IMG/VR virus record: IMGVR_UViG_3300030047_000088
Coordinates: 1-31,759 of that record
DNA from: a virus
Lineage: Duplodnaviria > Caudoviricetes
DNA: 31,759 nucleotides
Reading direction: 5' to 3' (one strand)
A model generated the notes under the pieces. That model was not told the DNA's origin. It made no database searches and saw only the letters and a program-made list of their open reading frames with translations. Shown here piece after piece: positions 9,416-18,088 of the stretch. Both the position numbers and the translations under genes were made by a program. Positions within the stretch are counted from its first letter, which is position 1. Each line of letters opens with the position of its first letter.

Positions 9416-9718
9416 TTATTGCGGAATTATATTTTCAATCTCATCATCCAATATCTTAGATAGAGACTTTGTGTCTGCTACCTTTAATAAGGACAAGAGT
9501 GTTAAAATCTGTAAATCATCCTTCACTAATGCGTTAATTCGTTCGTGAAGTTCCTCTCTAATCTTTTCTTCTAGAATCTTCCATCCCGGAGTTCGTTTCA
9601 TATTTTCAATTTCAGAGATATTTCTATCAGATAAAACCAAACTATCTATGAAAGCTCTTGACTCTGGGTCAAATGATTCCTTTTCATGAATTAATTTTTC
9701 TAATCCTTGCTTTGTCAT
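9416..9718 (-). CDS. Hypothetical head-module protein
   Basis: 100 aa with TPGWK motif, directly after the portal. Confidence 0.65.
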   Translation of the reverse strand: MTKQGLEKLIHEKESFDPESRAFIDSLVLSDRNISEIENMKRTPGWKILEEKIREELHERINALVKDDLQILTLLSLLKVADTKSLSKILDDEIENIIPQ

Positions 9719-9748
9719 ATTATAACATACTTTATAAATTGGTAAAGA

Positions 9749-11545
9749 CTATTTAAAACCTGTTCCTTGTCCTATTCTTTTTGGAACTTCTACTTGTGCT
9801 GTTTTTTGTGTATCTGAATTAAGTGGTGAAGCATCCGTCATTGGTTTTGATGTTGGGTTTGCTCCTTCTGCTCCGGGAACTACTGGTAATTCTTTAGTTG
9901 GTTGTTTTTCTTCTGTGAACCAGTCTTCTATTTCTTGTGGAGGAATATCGAATGATTTAGCAACACTTCTTCTCATAGCAAGTTGTCCGGGAATCTTAGG
10001 GTCATCTTTAAATAAAGTGTAAAGTTCAATTTTAGCCTTTTGTTTTATAGCTTTATTATTTGCTGAATCTTCTGATGCTGTTGTGTGTGCAACTAATGTA
10101 ACATCCTTAAAGTTTTCTTTTGTTACTCCTTCAAGAGTTAAATCCTTATATCCAAAAATCTTAACTTGTCTAGGTTTAGTTAGCTTCGTTGAAGTAATAT
10201 CTGCCATAAGTTGACATAGTTCTTCAAAGGCTAGTGTTGCCTTTCTTTTCATTATTACGGTTTTTTGTTCTAGATTAGCGTTAAGTTGTGCTTGTTGGGT
10301 AACACTTAGTTTACCTTTTTGTCCTACTGGCATTGAAGGAGACATTCCAGATGCAGAATCAGCGTAACCCTTTACGTTACTTGCCAATCCTAATCCTTGT
10401 GTTATTTCTGGAATTGGTTTTACCCATACTTTATCACCTATCTTTTCATCTTTAGAAACTTGAACGGGAGTTACTCCGTTCGGTCTTGGAACGATTGATG
10501 ATTGTTTTAGTCCAGAGTTTGAAGCTACGAATATTTCTCCAAAGTTTCTATACGTATTGTTGTCTATTCCTTGATTTGTTAAAACGTTTATTGCAAGGTT
10601 TGGGTCTCGGTAAATGTCTGCGATTGATGGAGCTAACATAGCAATACCTCTAGAGAATATACCCCACCAAATAAATGGAGGTCTTTTTAATCCGAATTGT
10701 TTAGCTGGTTTAGCTGAAAGTAAATATAGGTCATTAGCTACCATAAGGATATAAAGTTCACCTTTTATGTAGGTGCACCACTTTGTAAGTTCGGCTACCT
10801 TAGAACCGAATTGAGTAGTATTGGATAGACCCATGTTTGCTAGACGGATATTCTTTGCGGATGCTTCACTAGAGTTAGATTGTTCTGTTTCATTTGGAAC
10901 TTTGTTATCCTTTAATTTTTGGACTTCTTCCATATCGTATTCAAATTCTTCTGCATCTTCCTCAATCTGTTCCATCGTTTTGTATATAAATTGTCTTCCG
11001 CAGTATAGAGCTGATTTAGATTTCTTTGCTATTGGGCTTCTTAGGAACGCCAAAGTATCAACCAATTCTACGGTTTGCTTATCATTTCCGGGTATTACTT
11101 CGTAAACTGTTTCACCATAGATTCCACATTCAATCTTAGAGTCTTCCCAAATCATATCAAAGTCGGATGAGTTTAAATCCTCTCTAACTACGTGGGTCAT
11201 AATATCTGATGCGTTCTCATCTCCTTCTGGAATAGTATCGAAATCTAAGTCTGGAACTTTACCTATTTTAGCACTAGCATTATTGACACCTTCAAATACG
11301 ATTGGTAGGTGAAGATTAGAACGAGTCATAAGTGTTCTTTGTGTAACACCGTTATAAAGTTCTTCGTTTTTTAGCCAGTTATTAATCTTTACTTGTCTGA
11401 CTTTAATTGCATAATCTTTTTCAATAAGATATTGCTTTAGTATGTCCCTCTTTCCTTCTATAACATTTGCATATTCCCTAGGTTGGTTAGAATCCTTTGG
11501 AGCATCTGTATCTGGGTTGACATTAGGTTTATTTTTCTTTGCCAT
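9749..11545 (-). CDS. Portal protein
   Basis: ~598 aa directly after TerL; NLHLPIVF, CGIYGE and other P22-like portal features; ATG 11545 follows a promoter motif. Confidence 0.8.
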   Translation of the reverse strand: MAKKNKPNVNPDTDAPKDSNQPREYANVIEGKRDILKQYLIEKDYAIKVRQVKINNWLKNEELYNGVTQRTLMTRSNLHLPIVFEGVNNASAKIGKVPDLDFDTIPEGDENASDIMTHVVREDLNSSDFDMIWEDSKIECGIYGETVYEVIPGNDKQTVELVDTLAFLRSPIAKKSKSALYCGRQFIYKTMEQIEEDAEEFEYDMEEVQKLKDNKVPNETEQSNSSEASAKNIRLANMGLSNTTQFGSKVAELTKWCTYIKGELYILMVANDLYLLSAKPAKQFGLKRPPFIWWGIFSRGIAMLAPSIADIYRDPNLAINVLTNQGIDNNTYRNFGEIFVASNSGLKQSSIVPRPNGVTPVQVSKDEKIGDKVWVKPIPEITQGLGLASNVKGYADSASGMSPSMPVGQKGKLSVTQQAQLNANLEQKTVIMKRKATLAFEELCQLMADITSTKLTKPRQVKIFGYKDLTLEGVTKENFKDVTLVAHTTASEDSANNKAIKQKAKIELYTLFKDDPKIPGQLAMRRSVAKSFDIPPQEIEDWFTEEKQPTKELPVVPGAEGANPTSKPMTDASPLNSDTQKTAQVEVPKRIGQGTGFK

Positions 11546-11579
11546 TTGGTTTGTATTATAACACACTTATAAAATTCGT

Positions 11580-12896
11580 CTATCCAAAATAACCCGTCTT
11601 TGGGTCTATTGACATATCTGCTAAAACTTCGTCTACTACTTGTTGGTAAAAGTTAGGAACTTTAAGGGGTTCAGTAGGTATATTCCATACCGCTAGTGCT
11701 AGAGACATAACACAGTCATCGTGTAAGTTGTCATCACATCTTGCTCCAATCTTTCCGTTATCTGAAATATCATATTCGAAAGATTTTAACTCTGCGATTA
11801 GGGTAGGGTCGTTAGGAATCTTTATCTTTTGTTGTTGGATTAAGAGTTGTAGGTTTGTGAGTAAGTCCATTCTTGACTTCTGTGTGAACGTAAAACGTTC
11901 AAGGTTAGAAATATCTTGTGAAAGGTCATCTGATATAGGGTCTCCTACTCCAGTGCTGTCTATAGTCATTGTAGGCTTATTAAAGCGACTATATGCAGAT
12001 ACTATCCTACTCTTTTGTAGGTTATAGTCGATTTGATTGAAACGTTCCTGTTTACCCACTTTGAAAGTCATAAGGTCGAACGGTGTTACAACAGTGTAGT
12101 CGTTACTCTTTCCTAAGTCAGTTCCTAGTTTATATTCATGATTAGGCATAGGTTCTTCAAATGGGTCAGTATATATTACCTTTTCTATTCCCCTAAAGAA
12201 TTGTGAAGCTCCATCTATGAACTTACAATAGAACTCTTGTTGGAATAGGTCGTCTGGCATTTGTGCCTTTTCTTCCGCTAGACTATCCTTAGAAATAACG
12301 TCTGTATCGTCTACTGTTAGGATTTGGGTAAACCATTTAGGATTACTCTTAGCCATTTGTAGAAGTTCCCAAGCGTGGTTTGTTCCTCTAGGGGTAAATA
12401 CGAATACTGCCCATCCTCCGTTTTCGGCTAGAATAGGTCTTATGTAGTCCCATGCTTCTCTGTGTTGGAGGGAGAACTCGGTAAATATACATCCGAATGG
12501 ATTACTTCCCATCACCGAGTCAATGTTATCAGTCCCGACTATCTGAACATAAGAGCCATTTGTTAACTCAATTTTGAGTTCGTTTTCGTTTTTATTTTTG
12601 ATGATACTCTTGGGTATGTGGTCTAGGAACTTGAAACCATTACTATCGATGTTGTCCCAGATAATCTTCTTACCCTGTTTGTAGGTAGGAGCAAAGTAAA
12701 AGTAAGGTGCTTTCTTTTCAAACATCTTCTTTGGTAGGTTGGCAAAACAGGTCTTATCCTTTCCAGAACGTCTATGCCAGACTAAGATAAAACGGTTTAT
12801 TCCAGAGTCCCACGCTTCAAGAAAAGGGAGCTGATAGTCTCTTGGGATGAAGTTAAAGGGGAGTGTTACTTTTGTGTTTTCCAAATTAGATGACAT
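11580..12896 (-). CDS. terL: Terminase large subunit
   Basis: PRDYQ, WHRRSGKD Walker A, APTYKQGK, FTPRG, FQQEFYC.F, nuclease DLG..NDYT, IDSTGVG, HDDCVMSLALA. Confidence 0.95.
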   Translation of the reverse strand: MSSNLENTKVTLPFNFIPRDYQLPFLEAWDSGINRFILVWHRRSGKDKTCFANLPKKMFEKKAPYFYFAPTYKQGKKIIWDNIDSNGFKFLDHIPKSIIKNKNENELKIELTNGSYVQIVGTDNIDSVMGSNPFGCIFTEFSLQHREAWDYIRPILAENGGWAVFVFTPRGTNHAWELLQMAKSNPKWFTQILTVDDTDVISKDSLAEEKAQMPDDLFQQEFYCKFIDGASQFFRGIEKVIYTDPFEEPMPNHEYKLGTDLGKSNDYTVVTPFDLMTFKVGKQERFNQIDYNLQKSRIVSAYSRFNKPTMTIDSTGVGDPISDDLSQDISNLERFTFTQKSRMDLLTNLQLLIQQQKIKIPNDPTLIAELKSFEYDISDNGKIGARCDDNLHDDCVMSLALAVWNIPTEPLKVPNFYQQVVDEVLADMSIDPKTGYFG

Positions 12897-13051
12897 TTTT
12901 TATTTTTTTGAAAGTTGCTATTTAGGTGAACTATGCCCTATGGGGTATTTAACATTCATGGGTTTATAATAGAAATCAACAAGGGGTCTAACTTTCCACC
13001 AGAACATCCGGCTAACATCTAGTCAAGTGAACACCCGTTCACCGGAACAGT

Positions 13052-13492
13052 CTAAGCCTTAGGCTCTATGTCTGTGTTCTTCTTATAGCTTATAAGATTA
13101 ACTTCTATAGCCTTTCCGTCTGTTGTCATGTCTAGCTTGTCCCCGTATTTCTTAGGCTTCATCTTAGACATTATCCATTTGCGGGTGTCCACTCTAAGTC
13201 TTTGTGCTTGAACCTTAGCGTTTGAACGTTTGGCGTCTCCTGTTGATGCTTCATCTAGAGATTCGTCTGCTATTGATAGGATGTCTTCCGACATGGCATC
13301 AGTTGATTCTTCCTTTGCTCGTGCGTATTGGTCTTGAAATTCTTTATGTAAACGTAACCACCTAAACACCGTTGACTTGTCCGGCATCCCTTCACCTTGA
13401 CATATAGTCCTTAGACTTACGCCTTCTGCTAACTGTGAACATATGTTGTCTATAAGTTCTTGATTGTATTCTGTTGGTCTTCCTGCTGTCAT
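13052..13492 (-). CDS. terS: Terminase small subunit (Sf6 gp1-like)
   Basis: GRPTEY...IC.QLAEG.SLR.IC...MP...TVFRWL...QYARAKE...VDTRKW...PKKYGD. Confidence 0.92.
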   Translation of the reverse strand: MTAGRPTEYNQELIDNICSQLAEGVSLRTICQGEGMPDKSTVFRWLRLHKEFQDQYARAKEESTDAMSEDILSIADESLDEASTGDAKRSNAKVQAQRLRVDTRKWIMSKMKPKKYGDKLDMTTDGKAIEVNLISYKKNTDIEPKA

Positions 13493-13563
13493 GTTATTTT
13501 CTGCTCTCTATTATTAAAGCGATTACTAGCACTATAAATATTACCGGAGCAATTATGTTCATA

Positions 13564-13653
13564 TTAATATCCCATTGTCTTCTTAATTGATTTGTTGACC
13601 TTTGCTGTTTGTGTGTGAAAAAACTTTCTTTGTTTGTCGCTTTTATATGGCAT
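13564..13653 (-). CDS. Tiny basic protein MPYKSDKQRKFFHTQTAKVNKSIKKTMGY
   Basis: Manual translation; MP(Y/F)KSxxQR N-terminus is recurrent near phage terminases. Confidence 0.55.
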   Translation of the reverse strand: MPYKSDKQRKFFHTQTAKVNKSIKKTMGY

Positions 13654-13659
13654 GATGTT

Positions 13660-14037
13660 TTAATAACTTAATAATTTGAAAACTTGTTCTTTTGATATAA
13701 TGTTTCCGTATAGTCCGGAGCTTAATGTTTCACTAGCCCAGATTCTACACTTGTTCTTTTGCTCTCTGTCCTTAATTGATTTGATTTGATTTCGATATGC
13801 TTCTAGCTCATACTCTATTCTCTTTGATGGATTCTCTAAAAAGTTCTTTACCCATTCATTAACTCCGATTTTTTGCTGTTGCCTTAGATGTGTTGATTCA
13901 TGAACAAGCAAGTCCGGTGTTAGTTTGTTGTTTGTGTATATGTCCGGGTATAATGCAAAGATAACATTTTCGTTTAATTCAAAATGTTTTGCATATTCAT
14001 CCCATAGCGGAAACTCTGCTTGTGGTCTAATTGACAT
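13660..14037 (-). CDS. HExxH zincin-like protein
   Basis: LVHESTHLRQQ...EYELEAY. Confidence 0.65.
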   Translation of the reverse strand: MSIRPQAEFPLWDEYAKHFELNENVIFALYPDIYTNNKLTPDLLVHESTHLRQQQKIGVNEWVKNFLENPSKRIEYELEAYRNQIKSIKDREQKNKCRIWASETLSSGLYGNIISKEQVFKLLSY

Positions 14038-14044
14038 TTCCTAT

Positions 14045-14084
14045 ATTATAGCACACTTTAAAAATTGAGCCGGTCTGTGGATAA
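14045..14084 (-). promoter_or_regulatory. Motif promoter plus DnaA box at the head of the packaging operon
   Basis: TTATCCACA (14076-14084), then AATTTT-N6-GTGCTATAAT. Confidence 0.75.
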
Positions 14085-14094
14085 CCTAAAATAC

Positions 14095-14217
14095 TTGACA
14101 TTTATATATTGATATGTAAAATGCTATTTTTAAGCTATATTCTATATGGTTAGATTACTACACCATTTTATACCAAATTGTCAAATGCCTTGCAATAAAA
14201 TACAGATATGATATTCT
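14095..14217 (+). promoter_or_regulatory. Tandem sigma70-like early promoters
   Basis: TTGACA-16-TAAAAT and TTGCAA-16-TATTCT (TGn-extended). Confidence 0.55.
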
Positions 14218-14266
14218 TATTGTAGGTGAGGGAGAAACATATAAGACACTCCCAGAGCCAAAAATT

Positions 14267-14605
14267 ATGAGAAAGATTACAAGCGAGGTTTGTGAAGCGT
14301 TCGAGAACGGTCGAAAGTTTAGAAAGGGAAATGACGAAGTAGTTGTTTTTCCGGAAGAAGGAAGAATTGAAATGAGGTTGCACGGAAACACTATTGCTAG
14401 AAAATATACTGATAATCCGGGAGAGATACAGATAAGTGATGCGGGGTGGTCTACAAACACCACTAAAGAACGTTTGAACGGTTTGCATGGTGTTAGAATA
14501 AGTCAAAAAGATTTTGTTTGGTATTTAAACGGTGAAATATGGGAAGGTGAAAAAGACGGATATAGATATTTTCATCCATTTACTAAAATAACATTAAATA
14601 ACTAA
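14267..14605 (+). CDS. Hypothetical early protein
   Basis: LHGNTIA...GWSTNTTKERLN is a recurrent phage early-gene pattern. Confidence 0.75.
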   Translation: MRKITSEVCEAFENGRKFRKGNDEVVVFPEEGRIEMRLHGNTIARKYTDNPGEIQISDAGWSTNTTKERLNGLHGVRISQKDFVWYLNGEIWEGEKDGYRYFHPFTKITLNN

Positions 14606-14606
14606 T

Positions 14607-15131
14607 ATGTCAACAAATAATTTCAAGTATGATAATATTTTGATTAAGACTCCGGAATTTGTTTTCGGAGGTATATGTTCAGAATGTGAAAAAAAAGGTG
14701 TAGAAAATGACTGTGAACACATAGAACCGGAATTCGACAATTTTTGTTATGATGAATATGTTTCAGATGTTCAAAGTCAGTTAGAAAAAATAGGCTTTGA
14801 ATCTTGCGATAAATACGATAAAGATAGAAACTACGGAGGAAAAATAATCTCACGTTTTGGAATGGAAGACACGGATGGGATGATTGTTTGGCTAGAGGTT
14901 GTGATTCGTTCCGGTTACTATTCGGGGATGAACATTGACTACACAATAGACGGAGATTTTGGAATTGAAAACGAGCAAAATAAAAAGCAAGTTGCTCACT
15001 ATGAAGCCATGCACCGAAAACTGGACAGACTTGTTAAAAAAACAGAGGAGATACTACGCAAAAACGGAACGGAGCTAACACTTGTCGGTGTGTTCTCCAA
15101 CGGTGAAGCTGTTTATAAACTTAAAAAATAA
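14607..15131 (+). CDS. Hypothetical early protein
   Basis: 174 aa; RSGYYSG, FSNGEAVY; operon packing. Confidence 0.75.
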   Translation: MSTNNFKYDNILIKTPEFVFGGICSECEKKGVENDCEHIEPEFDNFCYDEYVSDVQSQLEKIGFESCDKYDKDRNYGGKIISRFGMEDTDGMIVWLEVVIRSGYYSGMNIDYTIDGDFGIENEQNKKQVAHYEAMHRKLDRLVKKTEEILRKNGTELTLVGVFSNGEAVYKLKK

Positions 15132-15136
15132 ATATC

Positions 15137-15445
15137 ATGTCCGAAAATGAAGTCGAAAAAATGTTTGAAAGTTTGTCAAAAAAATACAATTTAGCTGGGT
15201 ATAGTTTCATGTTTGATAGAGCAAAGAGTAGACGGGGAAGACATATAGGAATTAAAAAATTGATAACAATGTCAAAATACAACATCCAACATAGAAGTTA
15301 CGAAGCCACAAAAAATACTTTACTTCATGAGGTAGCCCACGCAATAGCTTATATGAAGTATGGAAGAAGTCAAAAGCATAATTCTATATGGAGAGATATT
15401 GCTGTTAGTATTGGTTGCGATGGAAAAACTTGTAGCGAAAATTAA
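15137..15445 (+). CDS. SprT-like zinc metalloprotease
   Basis: TLLHEVAHA...H...W...A..IG. Confidence 0.85.
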   Translation: MSENEVEKMFESLSKKYNLAGYSFMFDRAKSRRGRHIGIKKLITMSKYNIQHRSYEATKNTLLHEVAHAIAYMKYGRSQKHNSIWRDIAVSIGCDGKTCSEN

Positions 15446-15463
15446 TCACTTAATATAACATAT

Positions 15464-15649
15464 ATGATATACAAAATAACACTAGACAACGGAGAAGTTC
15501 GAGACTGTGAAATGAGTCCGGAGCAGGTAAAATGGGTTGAAGAAGGTATCAAGCTAGGTCTCCCCGTGCCTTTATTCTCCACGACATACGCCAAAAAGAA
15601 ATACGGAGACTATGAGATGGGTCGTATTATCAATATAACAAAGAATTAA
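15464..15649 (+). CDS. Hypothetical protein
   Basis: 61 aa in the operon. Confidence 0.6.
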   Translation: MIYKITLDNGEVRDCEMSPEQVKWVEEGIKLGLPVPLFSTTYAKKKYGDYEMGRIINITKN

Positions 15650-15652
15650 TTT

Positions 15653-15763
15653 ATGTATGATAACGATGACGTTCAAGACTATGAGAACATAGAAAACTTT
15701 GAATCCATCTCCGAGATGGAGGAAGACATAAACGGTTTTGATGATGACTTATTAAAAGAATAA
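15653..15763 (+). CDS. Tiny hyper-acidic protein (36 aa)
   Basis: Manual: MYDNDDVQDYENIENFESISEMEEDINGFDDDLLKE; fills the operon gap. Confidence 0.6.
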   Translation: MYDNDDVQDYENIENFESISEMEEDINGFDDDLLKE

Positions 15764-15772
15764 TACAAAATT

Positions 15773-15943
15773 ATGATTAAAAAAATATTGATTGTGTTGA
15801 TAGTTTTAGCCGGTGCTATATTTTGGTTATACTGTTCGGACAATCGAGATAATGAGCTCATACGTTCATATGATAAATGTCAATCAGCTTATCAATTAAA
15901 TGCTATACCGTTCCCGGAATATATGCGAGATTGCATGAATTAA
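15773..15943 (+). CDS. Small membrane-anchored protein (56 aa)
   Basis: Manual: MIKKILIVLIVLAGAIFWLYCSDNRD... Confidence 0.6.
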   Translation: MIKKILIVLIVLAGAIFWLYCSDNRDNELIRSYDKCQSAYQLNAIPFPEYMRDCMN

Positions 15944-15945
15944 TT

Positions 15946-16260
15946 ATGAAAAAATGCAAAGGGTGTCCGTCCATGATATATAATGGACAATACAAATATT
16001 ATAACTATTGTAGCAAGGAATGTTTCCGTTTACACCGTGATAATGTTATGGTAAATCGTAAAACAAATAACTACAAATACAAAGAAAAAACCTTGTCCCC
16101 TGTTGTGTTTAGACATAAAACACTCCCTGTTGCCTTAATTGAGGACGTAAGCAGTCATCGTATATCGTTTTATACCCGTAAAGGAAACAAAAAGACGGAA
16201 GAAAGGCTACTTGCTAGGCGTAAAAAGGAAAGATTTTCAAGGTATGCTATAATAAACTAA
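15946..16260 (+). CDS. Basic zinc-finger protein
   Basis: CKGC...YCSKEC; likely start ATG 15946. Confidence 0.55.
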   Translation: MKKCKGCPSMIYNGQYKYYNYCSKECFRLHRDNVMVNRKTNNYKYKEKTLSPVVFRHKTLPVALIEDVSSHRISFYTRKGNKKTEERLLARRKKERFSRYAIIN

Positions 16261-16343
16261 AGGGTTTCACTGTAAACATATATAATTTTATAAAGACAGC
16301 ACGACAACCCACAAGAGCCACCGCAAGGATGGCTTTTGTTTTT
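16260..16343 (+). ncRNA. Candidate ~85-nt small RNA
   Basis: Motif promoter 16232-16253, interrupted stem GGGTT/AACCC and CTGT/ACAG, then terminator; no ORF. Confidence 0.4.
16311..16343 (+). terminator. Rho-independent terminator
   Basis: ACAAGAGCCA-CC-GCAA-GG-A-TGGCTTTTGT then TTTT, at convergent operon ends. Confidence 0.8.
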
Positions 16344-16394
16344 ATGGTTACACAAAGGGTGTCCATATATATTTTTGAATCAAAGTTTTTCCGT

Positions 16395-17228
16395 TTAGAA
16401 GAATCCGTAAGCAACTTGCAAGCAGGTCAATCCTAAACTACGCCACATTGACACAACTCTATTTCTATCGTCAAATACTGCTAGTATATTATACCTATTT
16501 TTTAAGTGATTGTCAAATATTTCTTTCTTGATGATTGAGTCTTCTCTAGTGTCTCCGGCTTTACGCATAAACAAGTCATCAAAGGGTATATTGTTATTTA
16601 TTAGCCATTCTGTTGTCTCTTTAAAGCAATCATCAGTTCTGCCGGACACGATTATTATAGGTAGCCCGGATGCTTTTAGTATTCTAGCTATCATGGTTAT
16701 ATTATGGTTTGGCAAGTCAGTATTTACTTTTGAATAGTCGAATATATCTCTACCATTATTTAAAGCAAGTGTGCCATCAATGTCAAAGATGTAGCAATTT
16801 TGTTTGTCATCAGAATATTCTGGAGATTTTGGTTTTAGGCATTTATCATACATCCTTTGAATAACTTTTCCACCAACAGATTTTTCTCCACGCTTGGCAT
16901 CACGTTCAATACATTCCAAAAGTGGAACATCGAAGAATTTTATTTCAAAGTCTGAACCTTCTAAGTCTGCCAATTCTTTCCAATATTCTTCATAACCAAA
17001 ATTTGTGTCATCAATAACAACATCACTTTCTATATGAAGAAAATGTGCTACAATATATCTTTCAACATTCTTTATTATTTCTTCATTTTTATGACTCCAT
17101 TGTCCACCATCAACCATAGCACGTAGGTCATCTTTGTTGACACGCTTCCAACCCTTCTTGACAAGTTCAAAAGCGTGTGTTGATTTACCGGATGCTGGAA
17201 GTCCTTTTAGTATTAAGAGTTTAGCCAT
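16395..17228 (-). CDS. pseT: Polynucleotide 5'-kinase/3'-phosphatase (T4 PseT-like)
   Basis: GLPASGKS P-loop, DDLR, IDDTN; HAD FDIDGTLA, SGR, FDDR. Confidence 0.95.
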   Translation of the reverse strand: MAKLLILKGLPASGKSTHAFELVKKGWKRVNKDDLRAMVDGGQWSHKNEEIIKNVERYIVAHFLHIESDVVIDDTNFGYEEYWKELADLEGSDFEIKFFDVPLLECIERDAKRGEKSVGGKVIQRMYDKCLKPKSPEYSDDKQNCYIFDIDGTLALNNGRDIFDYSKVNTDLPNHNITMIARILKASGLPIIIVSGRTDDCFKETTEWLINNNIPFDDLFMRKAGDTREDSIIKKEIFDNHLKNRYNILAVFDDRNRVVSMWRSLGLTCLQVAYGFF

Positions 17229-17949
17229 TTTGTTTTATTTCATAGCTAGAATCATATCTAGTATTTTCTCCTTTCGGATAATCTAACATTAAATTATAAC
17301 CACAACTATTTATCATTTTGTTTTTATCTTCTTCCGTTCCTAAAAACATTAAATATCTATGTTTAGTTCCAAATTTTTCTACGGTCATTCCAAACGATTC
17401 ACAATTTTGTGGCAATGTTTTTGTTTTATCGTAAGAACCAAATTTTTCTGTTACCCATTGTTCAGTTATAGTTTTTCCGTGATAATTTCTACCTTCAAAT
17501 ATATATTTCATATTTTTACCACCAATAGTGGACTTGCCTGTATATATCCAATTCGTTGCTTGATAAATATAACCTTGATGTCCATTACTAGGGTCTGCAA
17601 AACTAACTAAACATAGGGGTCTGTCCGGTATTAACTTTATACACCAAGAAACAAAGAACGAAAGAACGTTTTTACCAAGATTATCATTAACACATAATCT
17701 ATTAAGCTCTAAGGTTTTAACTCTATAACTACCAAAAATACATTTACCATTATTCATTTGAACACACGGCATACCAAAAGTGCAGATACCTTGTAATTTA
17801 TGTTCTTTATCAAATAATCCAAAAGCATATACTACTGGAGCTTTTCTACGAGCATAGTGTTTAAAAAGCATCCATTCAGCAGTTTCTTTGGTATCTATCT
17901 TTTCGATTCTCCAATCTTTTTTATTAAATTGTATTTCTTCTTTTTCCAT
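17221..17949 (-). CDS. mom: Mom-family GNAT DNA (adenine) modification enzyme
   Basis: KHYARR, FGLF, GICTFG.P, ELNRL, VSFADPSNGHQGYIYQATNWIYTG, KHRY, YPKG. Start ATG 17949; the upstream ORF extension is a tRNA. Confidence 0.85.
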   Translation of the reverse strand: MEKEEIQFNKKDWRIEKIDTKETAEWMLFKHYARRKAPVVYAFGLFDKEHKLQGICTFGMPCVQMNNGKCIFGSYRVKTLELNRLCVNDNLGKNVLSFFVSWCIKLIPDRPLCLVSFADPSNGHQGYIYQATNWIYTGKSTIGGKNMKYIFEGRNYHGKTITEQWVTEKFGSYDKTKTLPQNCESFGMTVEKFGTKHRYLMFLGTEEDKNKMINSCGYNLMLDYPKGENTRYDSSYEIKQNG

Positions 17950-17951
17950 TG

Positions 17952-18023
17952 TGCGGTATACTAGGAATTGAACCTGTGTCTCCCCACTGGAAGCGGGGCG
18001 TTCTACTACTAAACTAATACCGC
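17952..18023 (-). tRNA. tRNA-Gly(TCC), atypical
   Basis: GCGGTAT/ATACCGC acceptor; GTTT/GAAC D-stem; CCCCG-CTTCCAG-TGGGG; T-stem ACAGG/CCT(A)GT with a bulge. Confidence 0.85.
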
Positions 18024-18039
18024 ATTTGCTTACATAATT

Positions 18040-18085
18040 AGTATAGCACATTACTAAAATCTAAGCAACTAAAAACTGTGGATAA
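18040..18085 (-). promoter_or_regulatory. Motif promoter plus DnaA box for tRNA-Gly/mom/pseT
   Basis: TTATCCACA (18077-18085); GATTTT-N6-GTGCTATACT. Confidence 0.75.
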
Positions 18086-18088
18086 CTC

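Noticed and set aside
659-12027. Plus-strand ORFs in the structural module (e.g. 3600-3974, 8915-9463, 10821-11105)
   Set aside because: Antisense shadows of well-supported minus-strand genes.
17950-18051. N-terminal extension of the Mom ORF in the ORF track
   Set aside because: It is the promoter and tRNA-Gly read in frame; ATG 17949 is the better start.
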